Made by a program: the position numbers and the translations under genes | The notes under the pieces: model-generated | What the model was told of the DNA's origin: nothing | Database searches by the model: none | The model's input: only the letters and a program-made list of their open reading frames with translations | Assembly: GCA_963422265.1 (NCBI GenBank) | Contig: OY729416.1 | Span: 928,001-992,000, forward strand | Direction: 5' to 3' | Source of the DNA: Thermodesulfobacteriota bacterium | GTDB taxonomy: Bacteria > Desulfobacterota_D > UBA1144 > Nemesobacterales > UBA2774 | Length of the DNA stretch: 64,000 bases | Part shown: piece by piece, positions 22,204 through 32,200 of the stretch | Layout of the letters: each line of letters opens with the position of its first letter | Position numbering within the stretch: the stretch's first letter is position 1

Positions 22204-23199
22204 CTAATCGGGTCTATGCTCTGGTGGAGCCATAAACTCGGGTCCGACATGATCCTTAATTGTTTCATCAAGGATACCGTCAATAGTCTTTAAGTCTGAG
22301 GCGCTTAGTGACCATCCGAACACTTCGTGAAACGGTTTAAGTTGTTCGGGACGCCTAGCGCCCCAAAGGGCGACATGAGAAGGAGCCTTATCTAGAACCC
22401 ATCTCAAGGCAAGGTGAACTACACGTTTTCCATAGTTTTCCTGAGCGAATCTGTCCAGCCTTTGCACGGCGTCTAAATACTGCTCAAATCTAGGCTGATT
22501 GAATTTCGGATCGAAGTTACGTATATCGTCACCATCAAACTTCGTATCAACGCTCATTCTACCACTTAATAAACCGCGGCAAATAACGCCGTATAGAAGC
22601 ATAGTGACTCCGTGCTTCTCGCAATACAGCATTATTTCCCTCTCTACCCCACGCTCAAATAGATTATAGGGGGGTTGAGACGTATGAAGAGGAGCTACTT
22701 GTCTGAATATATCCTTGTGCTCCACAGTATAATTGCTCACCCCTATAGCCCTTATTTTGCCGTCTTTATAAAGGTATCGCATAGCCTCGGCGGCTTCCTC
22801 AATAGGCGTATCGTAATCGGGCCAGTGTATTTGATATAGGTCAACGTAATCCGTCCGAAGGCGTCTTAGCGAATCATCAATCTCTTTCTTGATCCGCTGT
22901 GCCATGGAATTACGGTAAACCTTTCCGCTTGCCCAGTCAAGTCCCGCTTTCGTGGCTATAATTACTTTATCCCTGCCACCACGCTCAGAAAGGGCTTTTC
23001 CCACTATCTCTTCGGACCGACCAAAGCCATATATAGGCGCCGTATCTACTAGAGTAATTCCATTGTCAAAGGCAGCGTGAATAGTGCGTATGGACTCTCT
23101 CTCGTCGCTCCCTCCCCAAAGCCATCCCCCTATCGCCCAAGCCCCCAACCCTATTCGGGGGACGTCAATATCGGCGCCTTTAACGTTTACGTATTCCAT
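22204..23199 (-). CDS. Aldo/keto reductase
   Basis: GLGAWAIGG, DTAPIYG, ATK, DLYQIHWPD, GKIRAIGVSN, QPPYNL. Confidence 0.93.
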   Translation of the reverse strand: MEYVNVKGADIDVPRIGLGAWAIGGWLWGGSDERESIRTIHAAFDNGITLVDTAPIYGFGRSEEIVGKALSERGGRDKVIIATKAGLDWASGKVYRNSMAQRIKKEIDDSLRRLRTDYVDLYQIHWPDYDTPIEEAAEAMRYLYKDGKIRAIGVSNYTVEHKDIFRQVAPLHTSQPPYNLFERGVEREIMLYCEKHGVTMLLYGVICRGLLSGRMSVDTKFDGDDIRNFDPKFNQPRFEQYLDAVQRLDRFAQENYGKRVVHLALRWVLDKAPSHVALWGARRPEQLKPFHEVFGWSLSASDLKTIDGILDETIKDHVGPEFMAPPEHRPD

Positions 23200-23247
23200 C
23201 TCATTGCTTCCTCCGTATTATTAACTTTCATCTCGTTCACAGAGACG

Positions 23248-25884
23248 TTACAGATTCCGCTGGTAAGCCAGATAGTAAAACCCACCATTAAATCCAAATG
23301 GAGCGGATCTTCTTGAATAGGTGAAGACGCCCTCGGAGTCAACTATTACGTTACCATCCGTATCTATGATCTTGCCGCCACGGGCTTGCCCTATCTCGTT
23401 TTTATCGGGTTTTACGTCAAACAGGTTGTTAGCCCCGACTTTCACTGTTCCGAGCCATCCTAGGTTGCAGCTTAGCTGAACGTCGGTAAGGAACTCAGCC
23501 TCATATTTCTGTTCTTGCCCGTCTAGAACTTTGTACTCACCATAACGATGAAGCGCCAGCCAGACTGCAAATCTATCAATTGCGTAATCCGCTGAAAGCC
23601 TAAAGTGGCTATCAGGTTGCCAATCCTCTAATATAGAGCGGTCTTGGTCTGTGTATAGAGACCCGGGAAGACCCGCCGGAAGGTTTACAGACGTTATTTT
23701 GGTGTCAGATATCGTGCCAGCGAATTCTAAGGATAGCGCCCCCCTGCTCACAAATGGAACGTTCCATGAAGAGACCACGTCAACACCCTTTGTTCTCGTA
23801 TCGGCTGCGTTCATAAAAAACTGCGCCCTTCCAACTCCCTCAGCATTAAGAGCCTTCTGCACCACTTCAGTTAGAATACCTTTGCCATTTCTCTCTAATT
23901 GGCCGCTTATGATAATTCTGTCATCCACGGTTACATGATAGAAATCAGTAGCTACGGAGAAGTTGGGTGAAGGCTTAAACACAAAACCACCGCTCCAGCT
24001 TATTGAGGTTTCCTCCTTCAGTTCGGGTATCCCTATAGCTTTTGCTATATTGCTATCGTTTCTGAATGTTCCTACCTCAAAAGCAACCTGCTCGCCATCT
24101 TGGTCATTAAATTGAGTGCTCACGTTGTTAAAGTAAAGCTGCTGCATGGAAGGCGCTCTGAACCCAGAGCTCACAGAACCTCTGAGGGTGAGCATCTCGG
24201 AAATATCTATCTTAGAGGAGATTTTGCCGTTCAGGCTGTTTCCAAAGTCGCTGTATCTCTCGTAGCGCAAGGCAGGGCTTATCAACCAACGGCTGTATGG
24301 CGTCCAGCTCGCCTCAGAATATACGGAGAAGGCATGTCTTGACTCGTCAACCTCATCCTCAGGTTTGAATCCGGGAAAAACCTGTATTCCCCCAGTCCCT
24401 CCGCCAGTGGTGATACCATCGTAATCCGCGTAGGAATAAGGCTCTCCAGCTTTGATTTTGTGGTTGTCTCTTTTGTATTCCCCTCCCCACGCCAGCTCGA
24501 TGGTTTCCCCGAGCGGCATTGAGAAGTTCAGATTAACAGTGGTGAGATATAGCTCAAGGTCTCCAGCGTCTGCGGAAGTCGGTGTTGCGCCGGTAAAGTC
24601 TGTTTGTGCGAACGGATCATTTTCTTTGCCAAAAGACTGGGGATTGAGCTTGCGATAGGACCAAGAGGCGTTGTGGGAATTTTTCACCTTAAAGTTAAAG
24701 ACGTTTCCTCCGTGCGTCACTCCGAGATCAGTGCTGAGCCCATTGTCAAAATCGTGAGTTATCCCCGCACCAATGGAGAAGTCCCAAACTTTGGTATCAA
24801 TCAATGGAAGGAATCCGTCTGGATAACCTGAACCCTCGGGGTTTCTGTCTAACTGATTTGCCCTTCTATAAAAACCGCCGCTCGTGTTTTCCCTTCTTGA
24901 AAAAGAGCCAAATGAGTATAGACCAGACCTGCTTCCTATAGGTTTGTCAAAATTAAACACGCCGCTTATCTGCTCTGAATCGGCATCGCCAATGCGGAAC
25001 GCGTTACGGTTGATATTTCTCTCTTTGTTTTCGGGATCTTTGAGAATGACAACGGCGTTTGGTGAATGTTGCCGTAGCAAAGCCTCCTTGTTTGTTAGCT
25101 GTCCACCGGGACACTCTCCAAGCTTGCATGTCTTAGTGTCAGGGTATTGTATATCACCCATTAGTCCTGCGCGGTTTGTGCGCTGTCTGTCGCGAAATTC
25201 TACCGCCACGTGAAGGGAACCATCATCTCCTATCTTGAAACCTTTATTTAGGTTCGTGATAAAATGAGCGCCGTCTCCTTCGTAGGTCTCACCGTAGGAG
25301 GTTGTGAAAGCACCACCTTCATAATCATCTTTTAAGATTATGTTTATGACTCCAGCTATCGCGTCCGAGCCATACAGAGCCGATGCCCCATCTCTCAACA
25401 CTTCTATACGCTTAACTGCGCTGATTGGTATAGCGTTGATGTCGTAGCCAGCCGTGCCTCGTCCTACAGAAGTGTTGACGTGTATAAGCGCGCTTCCATG
25501 TCGGCGCTTACCGTTTATTAACAGTAAGACTTGGTCTGGACCCATTCCCCTTAAAGTCGCGGGACGCACAGAATCCGTCCCGTCGCTTATGGTGGAGCTT
25601 GAAAAGTTGAATGACGGGATCAACGTTTGAATGACGCGTCCAAGCTCGTTGTGCCCCGTTTTGAGTATTTCCTCCTCATCTACAATATCCACGGGAGTCG
25701 GTGAATCAGCAACGTCCAGACCCTCTGCGGTTACTACCAAAGTTCCAAGCCTGAATATTGATTTGCTGAGGTCAGACGCTTTTTCTTCAGCCAAGATGGG
25801 TTGAGCAAGAACGCAGGACAGCAGGGCATAAAATGCAAATCGGAAATTTTTACAAAACATCTTTCCTCTCTCCTTTTGAACCAT
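23248..25884 (-). CDS. TonB-dependent receptor, substrate unknown
   Basis: Signal peptide, TLVVTA TonB-box-like segment, plug motif LRGMGPDQVLLLINGKR...RIEVLRDGASALYGSDAIAGVINI, GFRAPS, GANNLFD. Confidence 0.92.
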   Translation of the reverse strand: MVQKERGKMFCKNFRFAFYALLSCVLAQPILAEEKASDLSKSIFRLGTLVVTAEGLDVADSPTPVDIVDEEEILKTGHNELGRVIQTLIPSFNFSSSTISDGTDSVRPATLRGMGPDQVLLLINGKRRHGSALIHVNTSVGRGTAGYDINAIPISAVKRIEVLRDGASALYGSDAIAGVINIILKDDYEGGAFTTSYGETYEGDGAHFITNLNKGFKIGDDGSLHVAVEFRDRQRTNRAGLMGDIQYPDTKTCKLGECPGGQLTNKEALLRQHSPNAVVILKDPENKERNINRNAFRIGDADSEQISGVFNFDKPIGSRSGLYSFGSFSRRENTSGGFYRRANQLDRNPEGSGYPDGFLPLIDTKVWDFSIGAGITHDFDNGLSTDLGVTHGGNVFNFKVKNSHNASWSYRKLNPQSFGKENDPFAQTDFTGATPTSADAGDLELYLTTVNLNFSMPLGETIELAWGGEYKRDNHKIKAGEPYSYADYDGITTGGGTGGIQVFPGFKPEDEVDESRHAFSVYSEASWTPYSRWLISPALRYERYSDFGNSLNGKISSKIDISEMLTLRGSVSSGFRAPSMQQLYFNNVSTQFNDQDGEQVAFEVGTFRNDSNIAKAIGIPELKEETSISWSGGFVFKPSPNFSVATDFYHVTVDDRIIISGQLERNGKGILTEVVQKALNAEGVGRAQFFMNAADTRTKGVDVVSSWNVPFVSRGALSLEFAGTISDTKITSVNLPAGLPGSLYTDQDRSILEDWQPDSHFRLSADYAIDRFAVWLALHRYGEYKVLDGQEQKYEAEFLTDVQLSCNLGWLGTVKVGANNLFDVKPDKNEIGQARGGKIIDTDGNVIVDSEGVFTYSRRSAPFGFNGGFYYLAYQRNL

Positions 25885-25946
25885 ATTGAACTTAAATATG
25901 TTAAGATAGATTACTTAAACTACTATTGCAAGGGGGTTAATAAAGT

Positions 25947-28001
25947 ATGAAGTTGTCACATACCCATTTTGATCATACCTATTCAATAATCAGATTAACG
26001 GTGCTCATTTTAATCACCTTTGCGGTTTCGTTTTTGTTCATAGGCGAGGCGCACGCGGAGATAAAAGAATACGATCTGACGGTAGATTATAAAGAGGTGA
26101 ACTTGACGGGCAAACAAGAAATAGCAATGGCAATCAACGGCTCCATTCCAGGCCCGATTTTATATTTCAATGAAGGAGACACAGCAAGGATCAACGTCAC
26201 GAACAATATGGACATTAGGACTTCTATACACTGGCACGGGATTCTTGTGCCAAATAGAGAAGACGGCGTTCCTTACCTCACGACTCCACCTATAGAGCCG
26301 GGAGCTACTTATACATACGAATTTCTAATAAAACACTCTGGCACCTACTGGTATCACTCGCACACGGGTCTGCAGGAGCAGGTAGGGGTCTATGGTTCTA
26401 TAGTAATAAGCCCAAAAGAGAAAAGAGAAGACATCGAGGAGCCTTACGCCGATTACGCCCTAGTTCTATCCGACTGGACGGATGAAAGCCCGAACGAGGT
26501 GTTAAGAGACTTAAAACGCGGAAGCGAATATCAATCATTTAAGAAGAAAACTATGCAGACGCTCTATGGTGTTTTCAAAGCTAAGGCGGTAACTGAAAGC
26601 CTTAAACGCTCATTCCATCGTATGCCACCCATGGATATATCGGACGTAGCCTATGACCTATTCCTTATTAACGGCAAGCCCACTTCAACCCTGGATTTGC
26701 CAGCGGGAACAAAAGTGCGCCTTAGGGTAATAAACGCCGGAGCCTCCACGTATTTTTATCTGAACTACGCAGGCGGCAAAATGAAGGTAATTTCAGCAGA
26801 CGGCATGAACGTGAAACCTACGGAAATGAACCGCATTTTGATAGCCATCGGTGAGACTTACGACGTTTTGATTACCATTCCTGAAGGCGGCGCATATGAA
26901 TTCCGCGCAACCGCCCAGGACGGTTCGGGACACGCATCATTATTTATGGGCAAGGGAGACCGTGCATTCGCTGCGGACGTTCCTAGACCAAATCTATACA
27001 GAATGAAACACGAGCACTCAATGAAGCATCACAAGAATATGAAAACCTCTAACGACCATAGACCCCTACCACCATACGCGAAACTCAAGTCGCTAGAGCG
27101 AACCGAACTTGCCCCTGGAAATAAAACTAGGGAGATCACGCTTAACCTTACCGGAGACATGGAGCGATACGTCTGGACAATAAATAACAAAACGCTGAGC
27201 GAGGCAGACAAAATTCTAATCCGCAAGGGAGAGAACGTCAGGTTCATATTGGTGAATAAAACGATGATGCACCACCCTATGCACCTACACGGACACTTTT
27301 TTCGCGTGCTTAATGGACACGGAGACTACTCTCCCCTCAAACATACGGTTGACGTCCCACCACTGAGTAAAAAAACTATAATGGAGTTTGAAGCCAACGA
27401 AGAGAAAGACTGGTTCTTCCACTGCCACGTTCTTTATCATATGATGTCGGGGATGTCCCGAATCGTTAGCTACGAAGGGTCGGTTATAGACCCTGATATA
27501 AAAGAAATGAGGCCTAATCTTTACAAAGACCCAATTTATTATTGGGCGGACGTTACGGCGTTAAGCAACATGACAGAAGGCGGTATAAACATGTCTAATA
27601 CTCGAAACACTTTGAGTGCCGAATGGGAAGCTGGATTTCGGGAAGAAGAATATGAAGTAGAGTTGACCTATAACAGATATTTGGACCGCTTTATTACGGT
27701 ATTAGCGGGAGCTTCTCTTGCCGACGACCACAAAAGAGGAGTGCTGGGAATAAAATACCTGCTACCGTTTTTAATAGATGGCACAGCATGGATAGACACG
27801 GAGGCAGAGTTGAGGGTTACGTTAGAGAAAGAAATACATCTTACCGAACGCCTAAGCACCTTTGGCGAAACGCATTACGACACGGAAAGCAAATGGGAGT
27901 GGAAAGCAGGGGGAGCCATAATGATGGGTAAAAAGATATCTCTAGTTGGTCAATATCACTCCGAGTTTGGCGGGGGAGGGGGTATCTTAGTAAAATTCTG
28001 A
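25947..28001 (+). CDS. Multicopper oxidase (CopA/PcoA-like) with C-terminal CopB-like beta-barrel region
   Basis: HWHG, WYHSH, HPMHLHGH, HCHVLYHM copper ligands; His/Met-rich linker; C-terminal beta-strand-rich region ending in Phe. Confidence 0.88.
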   Translation: MKLSHTHFDHTYSIIRLTVLILITFAVSFLFIGEAHAEIKEYDLTVDYKEVNLTGKQEIAMAINGSIPGPILYFNEGDTARINVTNNMDIRTSIHWHGILVPNREDGVPYLTTPPIEPGATYTYEFLIKHSGTYWYHSHTGLQEQVGVYGSIVISPKEKREDIEEPYADYALVLSDWTDESPNEVLRDLKRGSEYQSFKKKTMQTLYGVFKAKAVTESLKRSFHRMPPMDISDVAYDLFLINGKPTSTLDLPAGTKVRLRVINAGASTYFYLNYAGGKMKVISADGMNVKPTEMNRILIAIGETYDVLITIPEGGAYEFRATAQDGSGHASLFMGKGDRAFAADVPRPNLYRMKHEHSMKHHKNMKTSNDHRPLPPYAKLKSLERTELAPGNKTREITLNLTGDMERYVWTINNKTLSEADKILIRKGENVRFILVNKTMMHHPMHLHGHFFRVLNGHGDYSPLKHTVDVPPLSKKTIMEFEANEEKDWFFHCHVLYHMMSGMSRIVSYEGSVIDPDIKEMRPNLYKDPIYYWADVTALSNMTEGGINMSNTRNTLSAEWEAGFREEEYEVELTYNRYLDRFITVLAGASLADDHKRGVLGIKYLLPFLIDGTAWIDTEAELRVTLEKEIHLTERLSTFGETHYDTESKWEWKAGGAIMMGKKISLVGQYHSEFGGGGGILVKF

Positions 28002-28086
28002 AGATTCTAACTATGAACGTTGATTAAACTGGGTTAATATATTTTCAAAACCTAAACCTTTAAGCGAGAACTTCGGAGGCTTAACA

Positions 28087-28653
28087 TTGAAATTCATTAA
28101 GACTTTCATATTTACGCTCATCCTTATTGTAGTGGGTATAGCCGCATATATATATTCGGGTAATTACGACGTCGCCGCGACTAGACCTGATTCTATAGTG
28201 GTAAAGTGGACCCTTGACTTTGCCAAGCATCGTTCGATAAAAAAACACTCATACGGGATTGAGAGACCGAGGCTCAATGACGGTGAGCTTGTAGAAATCG
28301 GATTTCACCATTACGAGAATATGTGCATAGGGTGCCATGGTTCCCCCAACGCAGAGCCTGCAAAAGGGTTTAATCCAAGCCCTCCCAGACTTGCAAAAGA
28401 GGCTGAGGAACTAAGCTCTTCAGAGCTTTTCTGGATAACCAAGAATGGAATAAAAATGACCGGGATGCCAGCTTTCGGGATTGATCACAGCGACGAAGAC
28501 ATCTGGGCAATCGTAGCGTTCCTCAAACGCCTGTCCGATTTAAGTCCTGAAGAATATCAGCTTATGAAAAATAGCAACATGCTATCGGGTATGGAGGGAA
28601 AGTCTGACGTGGATGATTTTGAGCATGATGAGCATGAGCATTATGGGCATTGA
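28087..28653 (+). CDS. Monoheme c-type cytochrome with His-rich tail
   Basis: N-terminal TM anchor, CIGCH, GIKMTGMPAF, C-terminal HDEHEHYGH. Confidence 0.85.
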   Translation: MKFIKTFIFTLILIVVGIAAYIYSGNYDVAATRPDSIVVKWTLDFAKHRSIKKHSYGIERPRLNDGELVEIGFHHYENMCIGCHGSPNAEPAKGFNPSPPRLAKEAEELSSSELFWITKNGIKMTGMPAFGIDHSDEDIWAIVAFLKRLSDLSPEEYQLMKNSNMLSGMEGKSDVDDFEHDEHEHYGH

Positions 28654-29084
28654 TTGTCCGGAGAAAAGCTTGGTTAGTAATAAGCGGTCACAGTATCCCT
28701 TATCACTAAACACTTGATAAGGCGTTTTAATTACTTGCGTATATACAGAAAGTCTGCCGAAGATGCTTTTAATCTCCTCTTAAACTCCAATTAGTCCTCA
28801 ATTAGTGACGTCATATTTACCACCCAAGAGCGCTTAAATTATTATGAGGACCTGCCTCATAGAGACGTGGTTACCACGTTAAAGAAAAGAGATAAAAAGG
28901 ATAGAAAATGAATAGAAAAGTTAAAGAAAAGTGCCGAGAAAGTAACAGAAAAAGATGGAAAATGAAAGAGAATAGCTAGTTCTAACAGCTTTTAATACCA
29001 GTAATCCACTCCGCCTAAACTCCCCCAGATTGTCATGATAAACTTGTTTAAGACTATCCCCTCCCGTCATTACCAACTTACCCA

Positions 29085-29111
29085 TCATTCCCAGCTCGAC
29101 TAGGAATCCAG
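29085..29111. repeat. TCATTCCC...GGAATCCAG palindromic element (left copy)
   Basis: TCATTCCCAGCTCGACTAGGAATCCAG; inverted related copy at 35803-35831. Confidence 0.6.
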
Positions 29112-29150
29112 ATAGAGCATCGGGGGACACGAGAGTTCATTCCCTACACA

Positions 29151-29191
29151 ATCCCCCCTTTTGTAAAGGGGGGATATAGCGGGGGATTTAA
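29151..29191. repeat. REP-like C/G hairpin repeat, copy 2 (inverted relative to copy 1); may also act as terminator of the adhesin gene
   Basis: ATCCCCCCTTTTGTAAAGGGGGGATATAGCGGGGGATTTAA, about 70 bp after the stop at 29260. Confidence 0.7.
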
Positions 29192-29259
29192 TCTTTATTC
29201 TTTTAATCATAGCACATCACTCAATCCTAAAAATTACAGTTCAGACTTTCTTCTCCCCC

Positions 29260-32200
29260 CTACAATAACAGCTTCCACCATAATAGTATTCCGTGATCCA
29301 CAACTCCACTAGAAACCTCTCGACGCTCCCCCTCCAAACTTATATCCATCCACTCTCCTACACCTACCTTGCCACCCAACCTATACTCGCGCTCCCCCTC
29401 CCCCATAATAGATATGCCACTGTATGGCGTTACAAGCCACCCACTACCTCGCGTCTCCATACCATATCCAACATCAAACTTCACACGCCCAGAAGATAAA
29501 CCCCGCTTCCCTACTCCTAACCCACTCTCTACCTCACCTCGCCACATTCGCTCTACTCCACTCGCTACCTCTCCCCACTCAGGCTCAAACATCAACCACA
29601 ATCCACGTCCCCGAACCCCATCACCCATCCGCAATGAAAAACTACCTCCCCAATCCTCAAACTCAGACTCCTCATGAAACAACAAATACCTCCCTCGAAC
29701 CTCCACGCTCAAACCCAAACCTCTATGAACATACTCTATACCTCCGCCTACCTCCATACCTACTCCACTATCCGCATCTCCGCCGTCCCATCGCCCCCCT
29801 ATCTCCACACTTGGTAGCAACAAAGAATCTCCTGTCACATACACGTCACGGCTCATCTCTAAACCTAATCGCAAACGACGCGCTACTCCACTAACACCAG
29901 AAAGACCTTCCACCCCCTCTGTCTTTAACTGCACTGCAAAACCATCACTCTTTAACCCAAAATCTATATCTCCCCATCTAGCCAACTCCTGCCGCACTCC
30001 CAACGCTACCATCAGCATATTTACGTCCGCCTCCACTTCTCCTGCTGCATCTTTCAACTCTACCTCACCTATTCCACCCCCTACCAAACCCCATATACTA
30101 AGACCAGGACGTATAGTGTAGTGCGCATATGGAAGAACGCTTGTCAACTCCAAATCTACCTCCCCTCGGATACTACCTGTCTCTCCACTCATAAGATAAA
30201 AGCTACCATCCACCTCATACTCCACCTCTCCAACACTACGAGATATCGCTACGCCCGCCAAACCCCTATTACCAAACCTATAGTCCAATCCCATGTAGCC
30301 CGTATACAACTCACCCTCTGTATCTATATCTCCATCCAAATTACTACCAGAAAATCCACTACCCGCACCACTGCCCCATAACGTCCACCCTCGCATCACT
30401 CCCCCCATATCATCACCACTACTACTCAAAGGAATAGAAAATTCGCTCTGCGCAAACAAATCCCTCCCAGAAACACGCCGTAACTCAACAGGCTCTAGAT
30501 CTAAACCCTCCAACAATTCAATATCTGAACCACCACTCAGACCCAACACCCCATCCACAGCTCCTGCCACAGAACGAGTGTCAAACGATGTCATAGAAAC
30601 ACCACCCAATGTCAATTTAGGACTACCTGCCAGAGAAGAAGAAGAAACAAAACGTTCACCTATTACGTCCACCGCTCCGGTTGCAGCTGCCCGTCCAAAA
30701 GAAGCTAACACTACAGAAAGAACACGCGCTCGCTCCTTTTCCTCGGCTGCACGAACCGTTATGCTAAATGACAACTCACTTGTATCGCCATCTACGTCCT
30801 CAGCCTTGTAGGTGAACTTCGTCTTAGCTAACGCCTCAGTCGGCTTGCCAGTGATAGCGCGAGGAGAATCATCATTAAACTTAAGATCCAATGGTAGAGA
30901 CGGTCTCAGACTGTAGGTAATAACACCGTCACCACCAGTAGCCTCAGGTAGAACAACATCAACAACTTCCACACCAACCGTCCAGACATAGTCCCCAATG
31001 GATTCTGAACCGAAAGTCGGCTTTGGCGAACCCAATACAAAAGTAGAAAAACTACTCGTTTTACCGCATACATAACCGCTGGGCACCGATGCAGGCGACG
31101 GCAGCTTCCTCCACCCCGCACCTTCTACATCGGCAAGATGATATACCGATAGATTACCTGACAGCTCTTCGGGCTCCTCCAGACAGACGATGGCACTTGA
31201 TGATGACGAGAGCTCCACGTCCAGATCTATATCCACGTAAGACGGTTTACCCCCAAAGCTCACGCCCGACGGCTCAGTAACAGTGGGCGCCGCCGGTGAA
31301 AACTCAATCTCCGTCACGCCGTGTCCAGATGGCAGCGTCAGCTTCACAGCCGTCTCGTCAACCGTTGCCGTGATGATGCTGCGACCACCGTCCTCTACTA
31401 CATCAATAATCGTGCCAGAGTCAGCACCGCTGATGTTAATCACCTTCGCAGTGGCAGTCGAGGTAAGAGATTCCGATGCCCCACCAGCGTCCGTCCAACT
31501 CACTACTACTGTGATCACAGAACCTACGTCCGCCTGTGTCAGAACGTAGGTGCTAGTAGTGGCGCCGCTGATGTCAGTCCCGCCTCGCTTCCATTGATAG
31601 CTGAACGTCAGATTACTCGGACCGTCTGGGTCAACAATCGTGCCGGTATCCGCGGTCAGTGTCTGGCCCTGGGTCGCCGTCCCCGTAATGGTTACCGCAC
31701 CAGTCGGCGAGTCGTTTACGTTCGCTACACTTGCTGTAGCAGCAGAGGTCAGAGATTCCACTGTACTACCGCTGTCCGTCCAACTCACTACTACTGTGAT
31801 CACAGAACCGACGTCCGCCTGTGTCATAATGTAGGTGCTACTGGTCGCCCCGTTGATATCAGTCCCGCCTCGCTTCCATTGATAGCTGAACGTCAGACTG
31901 CTCGGACCGTCTGGATCAACGATCGTGCCGGTATCCGCTGTAAGCGTCTGCCCCTGGGTTGCCGTCCCCGTAATGGTTACCGCACCAGTCGGCAAGTCGT
32001 TTACGTTCGCTACACTTGCTGTAGCAGCAGAGGTGAGGGATTCCGATGTCCCACCAGCGTCCGTCCAACTCACTACTACTGTGATCACAGAACCGACGTC
32101 CGCCTGTGTCAGAATGTAGGTGCTACTGGTCGCCCCGCTGATGTCAGTCCCACCCCGCTTCCATTGATAGCTGAACGTCAGATTACTCGGACCGTCTGGG

